From Nemertoderma westbladi (lineage: Eukaryota > Animalia > Xenacoelomorpha): a stretch of DNA of 64,000 bases. Of this stretch, positions 12,990-27,100 are shown in pieces. How positions within the stretch are numbered: the first letter of the stretch is position 1; each line of letters starts with the position of its first letter. The position numbers and the translations under genes were made by a program. Location of the stretch: contig JAUCBJ010001945.1 in assembly GCA_032718475.1 (NCBI GenBank), positions 1 through 64,000 on the forward strand, given 5' to 3'. Under the pieces are notes generated by a model, which searched no databases, had not been told where the DNA came from, and saw only the letters and a list, made by a program, of their open reading frames with translations.

Positions 12990-13210
12990 GGGGGGGAGGA
13001 CTGGACGCAAATCCGCCTTGGCGAATTAATATCCCGCCTCAATGTTAAATTCTCAATTTAGGGAAAGGAGCAGGTTACAGTGGCACGTTATTCCAACCAA
13101 AACAATAAACTAAGCACAATAGAACAGGTTACAGTTTTATTTTTGAGAATAATCAGCTGTTATTTGCGTCGAATTTCCCCTGGAGAGAGATTAATTTTTA
13201 TTGCGTCCAT
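12990..13210 (+). mobile_element. ~220-bp MITE-like dispersed repeat; relatives at ~1885-2050(-), ~15865-16072, ~16392-16530, ~53035-53110(-)
   Basis: Shared ggcgaattaatatcccgcctcaatgttaaattctcaatttagggaaaggagcaggttacagtggcacgttattc.aaccaaaacaataaac, with inverted ends gacgcaaa / tttgcgtc. Confidence 0.7.
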
Positions 13211-15037
13211 ATTATGCGGATCACTTTCAATTTCCTGTTTCTTTCCTTGGCAACATGGATTTACATACTAACAAGGCAATTATTGGTGGAGTTTTCTCCA
13301 AACTTGGCGTAGACAAACTTTAGTCCAATGGCTATCGATTGACTGAACTGCACTACTACATACAGTACAGTAGGTACCAATTTAGTTTCCGGAGCAACGC
13401 AAATTTGTATAATAATTTCCTCATTTTTACCACCATTTTGGCTGGAACCAAAAGGAAAGCTTATTAACACTACTTCTCTACAAAACGGGTGTATGTAACC
13501 CAGTCCATCAGATTTGTCGACCCCAAAAACATTTATTCCCAAAAAAATACCCAGCCATATGATAAACTATTGTGAAACCTACGGATACGCAAACATCTAC
13601 CGCACATACCATGTGCACTGTACAGCCATACATCGAATATTATACTGGACACTTTTGTGCCTGCCTCACACTACGAAACCATAGCGATAGCCATCTGTCG
13701 CTAGGCAACAAACTGTCAACTCATTCACTCTCCTCTGTACTCTGCTGGATGGTGCTGACAGGCTGTGTGTTGTACCATGGCCTAGCTAGGTCTGTAGGTT
13801 GTACCATACAGGTTATCAGTACAGCGCTGTAGTACATAGTAATTTACTTACCTACCGGTACTGTGGGCTGTACTGCAGTTTTCTGCATGAACCGTTGTGC
13901 GTCGATGAGGTAAATGAATTAAACTCCAGGGGCTGTTCAGGGTTTGATAATTTGATTAAAATATAAATAGCCTTTCAAAGGCAATGTTGAGAGTGAAGGC
14001 AGAGGGAAAATATAGGAATACCGGTATTGTACCGTAATGTAATAATTCATGAGAAAGTATCGAAAGTTATCCTACCGGTATTACTTCTCTATTTTTTCAT
14101 AGGCAGATAGGTAACAGGGCTATAGGCAGATGTAATGAGTGGTACTGTACTACTCTACTAGAACTAGAGGGAGGTTGAGGTAAAACTATAGTTGTGGTTG
14201 TTTTTATTGCGTATGTCAGTACGAGTACCACGATCTGAAGGTACGTACTGGCATGTGCCGATGGTAAGATGGGGTCATATTACTTTGGGGACTGTCTTAT
14301 TCAACCGTTTCTAATTGTCATTCTACAGCTGCATACCCAGATACCTGTACCTATTGCATGTATTGCTTGACTGCCTGATTTTTTTGGTTATAGATTGTAG
14401 ATTGACTACTGACTGTCTGACCATATTACTGTATTATGGTTTCCCTCAATTGGTAAATTGATCGTTTATTGTTTTGGTTAGAAAAGCCTGCCTCTGTAAC
14501 CTGCTCCTTCCCCTCAATTTGCATATATTACTGTATTATATATATATATAATATATATATATATGCCAGTATATAGTATATATATACCGGCACTAGTTTA
14601 TATATCTACTAGTATCTACTTATACTATATATCTACTTATATATCTAGTATACTATACTGTAGTATACCGGTATGTAAAACGTCGGTCCCCAAAGTAATT
14701 TATACCCGGTAAGATTATCTGGTTAGTTGTCTGATATTTAGATTCTTTACGTTTACAGTTCTTTAGTCGGTTCATAACATCTAATCATAAATTCAAAATT
14801 CCAGACGCCTAGGCCTACCCTCCTACATGCCTAGTCTACCTAACCTAAATGTTGACGGTTCCCTACCGCGTCGGTAGTTGATAGGTGGAGTTTTAGATGA
14901 AGTTTACAAAGATTACAATAAAGTTTATTTGAACTACTGTACCATGGCCAAGATTATACCTTATATACGTTGGGTGGATAAAACGAAACTATACTTGTCA
15001 GGAGTCCTGTCCAGTTACTGCTAAAATAAACTCACGA

Positions 15038-15139
15038 ATGGGTCTGGGTACGTCGAAAGATAAACGGCTCGATATCATAGCCAGCAGCCCCATTCCGGCT
15101 CGTTTCAACGGGTTCACGTGGCCTTTTCATATTGCCCAG
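15038..15139 (+). CDS. ZDHHC11: ZDHHC coding exon 1 (MGLGTSK...RFNGFTWPFHIAQ)
   Basis: Resembles the RxNGWSWPxHxxQ N-terminal motif of ZDHHC1/11; donor CAG|gtaagc. Confidence 0.9.
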
Positions 15140-18100
15140 GTAAGCGTGTGTTGTTTCTGCTATTTTCTGATGTTATTTCAATTTAGATTATGCCATAACT
15201 ATACAAGTTTCAATTACTTTGGTCGCGATGGCAACACTACACGGTGGGCGACACATTGCGGCCAATTTAATTTGTTTACTTTAAAAAATAATGAAACAAG
15301 ATATATTAGAAAGATTCGTATGAAACAAAAGTTTGAAATAAATTAATATCAAACAAAAGCCTTTATGTTAACTTTCAACTACAGACTGACGATAACCGAT
15401 AACGATAACTACAGACTGATATACGATAAGTGCCGTGCAGCGAGTGTAAACGCTATGCCGACAACCAAAGCCGTCAACCATTATAAGCGCTAATTAATGT
15501 TCATTACCAATTGAGGCAAAGTAACAGGTTATTTTGGTAGGCTATTCTAACCAAAACAATAAACGATAGTCAATTAATAGCAAAAGTTACATATCATGTT
15601 TGTTGTCATATCGAGCCCATGTGAAGGAGACCAGGTATTCACTTTTCGGTCGACTTTTAAGAATTTATATTTTTTAATTTCTCAATTTTAAGTGTCTTAA
15701 GGCGCCTACTTATGTCTTATAACCTGTACATATACTAATTCGTTTATAGTTTTGGTTTAATTCGGTTCTTCTGTATCCTGGGTTTTTAGAAAATACCTGG
15801 TATTCTTCACATGGGGGTAACTGCCAAGTGAAATACAACAGAAAGTCTGGTATACTTCACAAGGCAAACCCATCTTGGCGAATAAATATTTCGCCTCAAT
15901 GCTAAATTATCAATTTAGATAAATAAGCAGGTTACAATGGAGTGACACGTTATTCTAACCAAAACAATAAACGAATGTCAATAGAACAGGCTGATTATAT
16001 TTGGAAGTAATCACCTGTAATTTGCGTAGGTTTTCCCCTAAAGTGAATGATTTGCGTCGAAAGTCCCCTCCTATCTGGATGTTTTGAAGATTTACAATAT
16101 AGCTTAATTCGTTCCTCTGTTAATTTCAGATAATAATAAATAGTTATTTTTTGTTTTTATTTCAGCTTTATTATATTAAATCATGCTGTGTTGTATTGTT
16201 GTTGGCTGTTTTATGCTAATATTTTATTATTATTATAGATAACATGTTGGGTTGCTTGCTCGCTATTGGCTATATCTTACTTTGGGTTTATCGTTCCATG
16301 CGTTCCTTTACACTGGCGACCAGCCGGTTACACTGTATCCTTTGCTGTGTTGAGGTGACCCTGAAAGGCACAAAAGGGATTAGTATTAGTAGGGAGGGGC
16401 GAAAATCCCATCTCGGCGAATTAATACTTCGCCTCTATGCTAAATAATTATAAATTCAGGGAAGGAAGCAGGTTACAGTGGCACGTTATACTAACCAAAA
16501 CAATAAACTAAAAAAAATAGAACATCCCTCTCGCTCACATTCTGACCTCCCTGGTCTATTTGGTATGAGTGTAATAATAGTTCGACGCTCTTTCTTACTG
16601 CTGCGCTGGTCAGATCAGATTTTTCAATTTTCTATTTATTTAGCCGCAACAACCCATTAAAAAAAGGTATTATTCCGGTATTCATGTTTGATACCTTGTA
16701 CTTATCCTCATTTTTGATATTAGATTATAATTCAGATATCATTCCCTTTTTATCTGTAGATTCCGAGTACGAAAACCATTCCACAATAAAAAATTCCGGT
16801 TGCGGTTATACTGTAGTATAAATGTAATTAGGTTTATTGCGAGAATATTCAGATGTAATAATAATAATAATATATTTTGTACCGACTGGCGGTGCTTCAT
16901 CAGCTACAGTTATAAAGTTATCTAATTCCGTTATACTGTATTGGCAAAATTCAAAGGAATACAGTTTGGGACGTAAATAGATGTAATTCTAAGGGTTTTG
17001 TCTGTAATTCTATCTACATATATTCTAGAATATAATATCATTGCAACCATGGTGATAGGATTGTCAACAGATTCAAGTTTCTAATATTTTAATCGACTTT
17101 TATTTTCTTTTACTCACATACCAAATGATAATGTCATTGACTTTCGTCGACCTGACTTCTCGTCCGCCAAGCTGCTGCAAAGCCCCTAAATTTAGTGGGC
17201 CAGTTATTTCTCTTAGATAGAACCCCTGAAACAATACGTCTAGCGCATCGAAAGTACTTGTCCCTAACTAAAATTATATCCTCTTTCAGATGAGGCAAAT
17301 AAAAAGTTAATAGCTCCAGTAATTTTCGAGATATGAGGAGTTCCTGGCACGCCATACCATATCAAATCGGAATTGATAAAATTACACAAAATACATCACC
17401 CTTCAAATACTTAGGTATAACCATGAACGCATATAGTCTTACTTGAAATCCTCCGAAAGGGCCGATATGTCTTCGGGGATTCAGTCTTATGTCTCCGTGC
17501 CCGTGGCTGCCAGCCCGTGTAGAGAGAGGTGATAATAAATAGTCAAATAAACACAGCTAATCAGGCTGTCAGGTACCGTAATGTAATAATGATAATGCAT
17601 TGATGCCTATCACAGTTACAGCATAATGCAGTCAGCACTATCAGCAGTAATGTGATGCCTAACGCAGTAGTAGGCCTAGTGCAGTTGCAATGCAAATACC
17701 ACATACTGAATAATTCACTACATTACCATTACCAGAGTACTGCACTACTGAAATAGAAGTGCACTGGTTGGCCCTTAGAATTTTCGCCTGAAACATTGGC
17801 CATTTTTGAAAATATCACAATTTTATAAACCTTGTGCAGTGCAATGAAATCAGCACATTATAAAACCTCAGTAGCCAAACTATATGACGTCACCTGGTGG
17901 CCTGTAAGACGAAAATGACAAATGACACTTCCAGTATCCATCAGATAACAGACAGCAGAAGTGACACGACTGCACTACTCCTGCAACACAGAGAGTAGCC
18001 TACCGATGTAGGCATACTGGCAGTACGGTAACTACTGACTGGGAAAATTCATAAAGTTCTTAAGGGATTTGTTCCCAATCCTACAATAACAGACGACATT

Positions 18101-21100
18101 ACTCACCAGCGCCTACAACAATCCACCAGGTCACCGGGTCCGTCGTCCGTTCTCTATTATTCGTGGGTTACAACTCATATTTCCGTCACTCTATTCCGCC
18201 GTGGGGAGGGGCTTCAGTCGCAGTCAAGCGAGCAAGTCAAACGGCCAAATTATCACTTTTGGGTATTTGAAAATTTCGAGCTACTTGTAATTTTGGTGCT
18301 CTTTTAGTGTCTATTATAAAATAAACAATGAAGATTTTATTCTAATTTTGTAATATAACAACATGCCTATATTGTTATATTACACAACTCTTCGATATGT
18401 TTGATGTAGGTCGAGGAATAAACCTTCCCAATGAAATCAGCACATTCTAAAACCTCAGTAGCCAAACTGTACGGCCAATTTACCACGTTTGAAAAAAGTG
18501 CTACTTGCACTTTGGTGCTCTTTTACTATAAAAAAATGAAAATTTTGCTTCTAATCTTACTTTCGATTACTAATAATGAATTCAACAAGACAAAAAAGCA
18601 TAGTATGGTTTCATGGTTATACCAAAGTCTTGATGGGTGACGTATTTTGTGTAATTTTATCAATTCCGAAAGGTGTTGATATGGTATGGGTGCCAGGAAC
18701 TCCTCATATCTCGAAAACTAATGGAGTTATTAACTTTTTATTTGCCTCATCTGAAAGAGGATATAATTTTAGTTAGGAACAAGTACTTTCGACGCGCTAG
18801 ACCTATTGTTTCAGGGGTTCTATCTAAGAGAAATAACTGGCCAACTAAATTTAGGGGCTTTGCAGCAGCTTGGCGGGTCGTATCTATCGTAGGTCATGCG
18901 TTAATTTTCGTTTATTGTTTTGGTTCCCCCAACACTCCTCTGTATCCTGCTCCTTTACTAACCTGCTCCTTTAAATGGCAATGTCAGTTGCCTTTGTCAT
19001 TTATATATGAACATGAACAATACACATCCAAATTTGTATGTAAGAAATTTGTAAGGAAATATTGTTGAAATAGTTCTGAAATTAAGCTAGAGTGTGCCTC
19101 ATAAATTTGGCAGAATGCCGCCAGTAGAATGCTTTTATGTTGTTCGTATTTGTCACGCCTGAATGTTGAAACAATGTAACGAAGTTTCGTAGGCCTGCAT
19201 TTTCCCATTTTGAAGATTGAATACTAATTTACTAAGTATTACATGTTCCTTATATGTGCCTTGTATGTTTAGTAAAATTAAAAATGTACCAAAAGTAATC
19301 CAGTTATCTCCGAGATTTATTGCCTAAATTAAAATACTAAGTTATACTATTAAATGATGAGCACGGAAAAATATATCAAAGCAATATTCCTTAGTATAGT
19401 GTTTACGTACTTCGTTTACTCCAATAATATAATGCTCCCATCTCAGTCCGATGTGGTCTAGTGGTTAGGATTTCTGGCTTTCACCCAGACGGCCCGGGTT
19501 CAATTCCCGGCATCGGAAACTACTTTTTGCAATTCCCCAAACTTTTTAATTTTACCATTGTTTTTTTGTTAGTCACTTTTTTCTACTGTATAAATGTTTC
19601 TGATAATATTTCGAGTTTATATATTATTCGTCCCGTATTTAATTTATTATATAGGATATCTACATAATATATATTGATCACATTTTGTATGATCGTAACT
19701 AAGAAAGTGTATTTTTTAACATATGTTTTTGTTAAAGATGTGTTAATGTTAATGTTGACATTCTTATATTTCCTTAAGCCATACAATAACAATATAGGTG
19801 CCGGGCGTGCTTTTATTTTTTCATCTGATTGTTCATCTGGATGCCATGGCAACGGACCCCGCCAATAAGAATTTACGGAATCGTAACAGATCTATAAGTA
19901 GTTCCGTGTTCGACCGAAACAAACACCGACACGTTATAGAAGACAACTACTGCCATTTGTGCAAGATATTAGTGTAGGTGGTTTCCTAAACTTTACCGGA
20001 TATCAGTGTAGGTGGTTTCCTAAACTTTACCGGATATCAGTGTAGGTGGTTTCCTAAACTTTACCGGATATCAGTGTAGGTGGTTTCCTAAACTTTACTA
20101 TATCAGTGTAGGTGGTTTCCTAAACTTTACCGGATATCAGTGTAGGTGGTTTCCTAAACTTTACCGGATATCAGTGTAGGTGGTTTCCTAAACTTTACTG
20201 TATATCAGTGTAGGTGGTTTCCTAAACTTTACCGGATATCAGCGTAGGTGGTTTCCTAAACTTTACCGGATACCAGTGTAGGTGGTTTCCTAAACTTTAC
20301 CGGTTATCAGTGTAGGTGGTTTCCTAAACTTTACTGGATATCAGTGTAGGTGGTTTCCTAAACTTTACCGGTTATCAGTGTAGGTGGTTTCCTAAACTTT
20401 ACCGGATATCAGTGTAGGTGGTTTCCTAAACTTTACCGGATACCAGTGTAGGTGGTTTCCTAAACTTTACTGTATATCAGTGTAGGTGGTTTCCTAAACT
20501 TTACCGGATATCAGTGTAGGTGGTTTCCTAAACTTTACCGGATATCAGTGTAGGTGGTTTCCTAAACTTTACCGGAAATCAGTGCAGGTGGTTTCCTAAA
20601 CTTTACCGGATATCAGTGTAGGTGGTTTCCTAAACTTTACCGGTTATCAGTGTAGGTGGTTTCCTAAACTTTACCGGTTATCAGTGTAGGTGGTTTCCTA
20701 AACTTTACCGGATATCAGTGTAGGTGGTTTCCTAAACTTTACCGGATACCAGTGTAGGTGGTTTCCTAAACTTTACTGTATATCAGTGTAGGTGGTTTCC
20801 TAAACTTTACCGGATACCAGTGTAGGTGGTTTCCTAAACTTTACCGGTTATCAGTGTAGGTGGTTTCCTAAACTTTACCGGTTATCAGTGTAGGTGGTTT
20901 CCTAAAATTTACCGGATATCAGTGTAGGTGGTTTCCTAAACTTTACTGTATATCAGTGTAGGTGGTTTCCTAAACTTTACCGGATATCAGTGTAGGTGGT
21001 TTCCTAAACTTTACCGGATACCAGTGTAGGTGGTTTCCTAAACTTTACCGGATATCAGTGTAGGTGGTTTCCTAAACTTTACTGTATATCAGTGTAGGTG

Positions 21101-24100
21101 GTTTCCTAAACTTTACCGGATATCAGTGTAGGTGGTTTCCTAAACTTTACCGGATACCAGTGTAGGTGGTTTCCTAAACTTTACCGGTTATCAGTGTAGG
21201 TGGTTTCCTAAACTTTACCGGATATCAGTGTAGGTGGTTTCCTAAACTTTACTGGATATCAGTGCAGGTGGTTTCCTAAACTTTACCGGATATCAGTGTA
21301 GGTGGTTTCCTAAACTTTACCGGAAATCAGTGCAGGTGGTTTCCTAAACTTTACCGGATATCAGTGTAGGTGGTTTCCTAAACTTTACCGGATATCAGTG
21401 TAGGTGGTTTCCTAAACTTTACCGGATATCAGTGTAGGTGGTTTCCTAAACCTTACCGGATATCAGTGTAGGTGGTTTCCTAAACTTTACCGGTTATCAG
21501 TGTAGGTGGTTTCCTAAACTTTACCGGTTATCAGTGTAGGTGGTTTCCTAAACTTTACCGGATATCAGTGTAGGTGGTTTCCTAAACTTTACCGGATATC
21601 AGTGTAGGTGGTTTCCTAAACTTTACCGGTTATCAGTGTAGGTGGTTTCCTAAACTTTACCGGTTATCAGTGTAGGTGGTTTCCTAAACTTTACCGGATA
21701 TCAGTGTAGGTGGTTTCCTAAACTTTACCGGATATCAGTGTAGGTGGTTTCCTAAACTTTACCGGATACCAGTGTAGGTGGTTTCCTAAACTTTACCGGT
21801 TATCAGTGTAGGTGGTTTCCTAAACTTTACCGGATATCAGTGTAGGTGGTTTCCTAAACTTTACTGTATATCAGTGTAGGTGGTTTCCTAAACTTTACCG
21901 GATATCAGTGTAGGTGGTTTCCTAAACTTTACCGGATACCAGTGTAGGTGGTTTCCTAAACTTTACCGGTTATCAGTGTAGGTGGTTTCCTAAACTTTAC
22001 CGGTTATCAGTGTAGGTGGTTTCCTAAAATTTACCGGATATCAGTGTAGGTGGTTTCCTAAACTTTACCGGATACCAGTGTAGGTGGTTTCCTAAACCTT
22101 ACCGGATATCAGTGTAGGTGGTTTCCTAAACTTTACCGGATATCAGTGTAGGTGGTTTCCTAAACTTTACCGGATATCAGTGTAGGTGGTTTCCTAAACT
22201 TAACCGGATACCAGTGTAGGTGGTTTCCTAAACCTTACCGGATGATATCAGTGTAGGTTGTTTGAGGCAGTAGGTAGGTAGATTGTAGGCAGTTTGACGT
22301 ATATAACAAGAATTACTAAACTAAATCAAACAATCCCTTTACCAGTAAATTGTGTTTTATGGATTGTCTTCTGAATGGCGAATAATAATTGCAGTAACAA
22401 ATAATCGCACCTAAGTTAATAGGTCTGTCATTCGCCCCTCGCGACTTGCGGAGTAATAATATACGAATATTTATAAAAACAATGTTTTTGATACTTTGTT
22501 ATCCAATTAATGACCTGATTAATTTAATTTGTTTGCAGGGGACCTAAGACCAAACACTGTAGTCGGTGCAATAAGTGCATCGAAGTATTTGATCACCATT
22601 GCTACTGGCTTAACAACTGCATCGGAGTTCGGAATTACAACTCATTCCTTTGGTCTATTACTTCTGGGTTATACCTTGTTCTCCACATAGTTACCGTCGG
22701 AATGATTACCGTTGTCATGTACTTCGCAGACACATCCGCTCTGTACGGATGGAATACCGGCAGCCTTAACTATACTGTGGACATAGTCAGTACCACAGCT
22801 ATACCACCCGGTAATGGTAAGTCCGTAAGTTAGTACCACAGCTATACCACCCGGTAATGGTAAGTCCGTAAGTTAGTACCACAGCTATACCAGCCGGTAA
22901 TGGTAAGTCCGTAAGTTAGTACCGCAGCTATACCACCCGGTAATGGTAGTCGGTCACCCAACCTGTCAGTGACACAACTTTTATCTTCCCTTAGGTTACT
23001 GGCTACATCTATTCCAACCTGTCAGTGACACAACTTTTATCTTCCCTTAGGTTACTGGCTACATCTATTCCAACCTGGCAGTGACACAACTTTTATCTTC
23101 CCTTAGGTTACTGGCTACATCTATTCCAACCTGTCAATGACACAACTTTTATCTTCCCTTAGGTTACTGGTTACATCAATTCCAACATGTCAGTGACACA
23201 ACTTTTATCTTCCCTTAGGTTACTGGCTACATCTATTCCAACCTGTCAGTGACACAACTTTTATCTTCCCTTAGGTTACTGGCTACATCTATTCCAACCT
23301 GGCAGTGACACAACTTTTATCTTCCCTTAGGTTACTGGCTACATCTATTCCAACCTGGCAGTGACACAACTTTTATCTTCCCTTAGGTTACTGGCTACAT
23401 CTATTCCAACCTGTCAGTGACACAACTTTTATCTTCCCTTAGGTTACTGGCTACATCTATTCCAACCTGTCAGTGACACAACTTTTATCTTCCCTTAGGT
23501 TACTGGCTACATCTATTCCAACCTGGCAGTGACACAACTTTTATCTTCCCTTAGGTTACTGGCTACATCTATTCCAACCTGGCAGTGACACAACTTTTAT
23601 CTTCCCTTAGGTTACTGGCTACATCTATTCCAACCTGGCAGTGACACAACTTTTATCTTCCTTAGGTTACTGGCTACATCTATTCCAACCTGTCAGTGAC
23701 ACAACTTTTATCTTCCCTTAGGTTACTGGCTACATCTATTCCAACCAGTCAGTGACACAACTTTTATCTTCCCTTAGGTTACTGGCTACATCTATTCCAA
23801 CCTGTCAGTGACACAACTTTTATCTTCCCTTAGGTTACTGGCTACATCTATTCCAACCTGTCAGTGACACAGCTTTTATCTTCCCTTAGGTTACTGGCTA
23901 CATCTATTCCAACCTGTCAGTGACACAGCTTTTATCTTCCCCTAGGTTACTGGCTACATCTATTCCAACCTGTCAGTGACACAACTTTTATCTTCCCTTA
24001 GGTTACTGGCTACATCTATTCCAACCTGTCAGTGACACAGCTTTTATCTTCCCTTAGGTTACTGGCTACATCTATTCCAACCTGTCAGTGACACAGCTTT

Positions 24101-27100
24101 TATCTTCCCTTAGGTTACTGGCTACATCTATTCCAACCTGTCAGTGACACAGCTTTTATCTTCCCCTAGGTTACTGGCTACATCTATTCCAACCTGTCAG
24201 TGACACAACTTTTATCTTCCCTTAGATTACTGGCTACATCTATTCCAACCTGTCAGTGACACAGCTTTTATCTTCCCTTAGGTTACTGGCTACATCTATT
24301 CCAACCTGTCAGTGACACAACTTTTATCTTCTCTTAGGTTACTGGCTACATCTATTCCAACCTGTCAGTGACACAGCTTTTATCTTCCCTTAGGTTACTG
24401 GCTACATCTATTCCAACCTGTCAGTGACACAACTTTTATCTTCCCTTAGGTTACTGGCTACATCTATTCCAACCTGTCAGTGACACAGCTTTTATCTTCC
24501 CTTAGGTTATTGGCTACATCTATTCCAACCTGTCAGTGACACAACTTTTATCTTCCCTTAGGTTTCTGGCTACATGTCAGTGACACAACTTTTATCTTCC
24601 CTTAGGTTACTGCGGCTACATCTATTCCAACCTGTCAGTGACACAACTTTTATCTTCCCTTTGGTTACGGGCTACATCTATTCCAAACTGTCAGTGACAC
24701 AACTTTTATCTTCCCTTAGGTTACTGGCTACATCTATTCCAACATGTCAGTGACACAACTTTTATCTTCCCTTAGGTTACTGGCTACATCTATTCCAACC
24801 TGTCAGTGACACAACTTTTATCTTCCCTTAGGTTACTGGTTACATCGATTCCAACATGTCAGTGACACATCTTTTATCTTCCCTTAGGTTACTGGCTACA
24901 TCTATTCCAACCTGTCAGTGACACAACTTTTATCTTCCCTTAGGTTACTGGCTACATCTATTCCAACCTGTCAGTGACACAGCTTTTATCTTCCCTTAGG
25001 TTACTGGCTACATCTATTCCAACCTGTCAGTGACACAGATTTTATCTTCCCTTAGGTTACTGGCTACATCTATTCCAACCTGTCAGTCACACAGTCAACT
25101 TTTATCTTCCCTTAGGTTTCTGGCTACATCTATTCCAACATGTCAGTGACACAACTTTTATCTTCCCTTAGGTTATTGGCTACATCTATTCCAACCTGTC
25201 AGTGACACAACTTTTATCTTCCCTTAGGTTACTGGCTACATCTATTCCAACCTGTCAGTGACACAACTTTTATCTTCCCTTAGGTTACTGGCTACATCTA
25301 TTCCAACCTGTCAATGACACAACTTTTATCTTCCCTTAGGTTACTGGCTACATCTATTCCAACATGTCAGTGACACAACTTTTATCTTCCCTTAGGTTAC
25401 TGGCTACATCTATTCCAACCTGTCAGTGACACAACTTTTATCTTCCCTTAGGTTACTGGCTACATCTATTCCAACCTGTCAATGACACAACTTTTATCTT
25501 CCCTTAGGTTACTGGTTACATCGATTCCAACATGTCAGTGACACAACTTTTATCTTCCCTTAGGTTACTGGCTACATCTATTCCAACCTGTCAGTGACAC
25601 AACTTTTATCTTCCCTTAGGTTACTGGCTACATCTATTCCAACCTGTCAGTGACACAACTTTTATCTTCCCTTAGGTTACTGGCTACATCTATTCCAACC
25701 TGTCAGTGACACAACTTTTATCTTCCCTTAGGTTACTGGCTACATCTATTCCAACCTGTCAATGACACAACTTTTATCTTCCCCTAGGTTACTGGCTACA
25801 TCTATTCCAACCTGTCAGTGACACAACTTTTATCTTCCCCTAGGTTACTGGCTACATCTATTCCAACCTGTCAGTGACACAACTTTTATCTTCCCTTAGT
25901 TTACTGGCTACATCTATTCCAACCTGTCAGTGACACAACTTTTATCTTCCCTTAGATTACTGGCTACATCTATTCCAACCTGTCAATGACACAACTTTTA
26001 TCTTCCCCTAGGTTACTGGCTACATCTATTCCAACCTGTCAGTGACACAACTTTTATCTTCCCTTAGGTTACTGGCTACATCTATTCCAACCTGTCAGTG
26101 ACACAGCTTTTATCTTCCCCTAGGTTACTGGCTACATCTATTCCAACCTGTCAGTGACACAACTTTTATCTTCCCTTAGGTTACAGGCTACATCTATTCC
26201 AACCTGTCAGTGACACAACTTTTATCTTCCCTTAGGTTACTGGCTACATCTATTCCAACCTGTCAGTGACACAGCTTTTATCTTCCCCTAGGTTACTGGC
26301 TACATCTATTCCAACCTGTCAGTGACACAACTTTTATCTTCCCTTAGATTACTGGCTACATCTATTCCAACCTGTCAATGACACAACTTTTATCTTCCCT
26401 TAGGTTACTGGTTACATCAATTCCAACATGTCAGTGACACAACTTTTATCTTCCCTTAGGTTACTGGCTACATCTATTCCAACCTGTCAGTGACACAACT
26501 TTTATCTTCCCTTAGGTTACTGGCTACATCTATTCCAACCTGTCAATGACACAACTTTTATCTTCCCTTAGGTTACTGGTTACATCGATTCCAACATGTC
26601 AGTGACACAACTTTTATCTTCCCTTAGGTTACTGGTTACATCGATTCCAACATGTCAGTGACACAACTTTTATCTTCCCTTAGGTTACTGGCTACATCTA
26701 TTCCAACCTGTCAGTGACACAACTTTTATCTTCCCTTAGGTTACTGGCTACATCTATTCCAACCTGTCAGTGACACAACTTTTATCTTCCCTTAGGTTAC
26801 TGGTTACATCGATTCCAACATGTCAGTGACACAACTTTTATCTTCCCTTAGGTTACTGGTTACATCGATTCCAACATGTCAGTGACACAACTTTTATCTT
26901 CCCTTAGGTTACTGGCTACATCTATTCCAACCTGTCAGTGACACAACTTTTATCTTCCCTTAGGTTACTGGCTACATCTATTCCAACCTGTCAGTGACAC
27001 AACTTTTATCTTCCCTTAGGTTACTGGCTACATCTATTCCAACCTGTCAATGACACAACTTTTATCTTCCCTTAGGTTACTGGCTACATCGATTCCAACA

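Larger units (their letters stand above)
16335..19797 (+). other. U12-type (minor spliceosome) GT-AG intron
   Basis: 5' site GTATCCTTT; branch-like TTCCTTAAG at 19770-19778, ~19 nt before the AG; no polypyrimidine tract. Confidence 0.88.
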
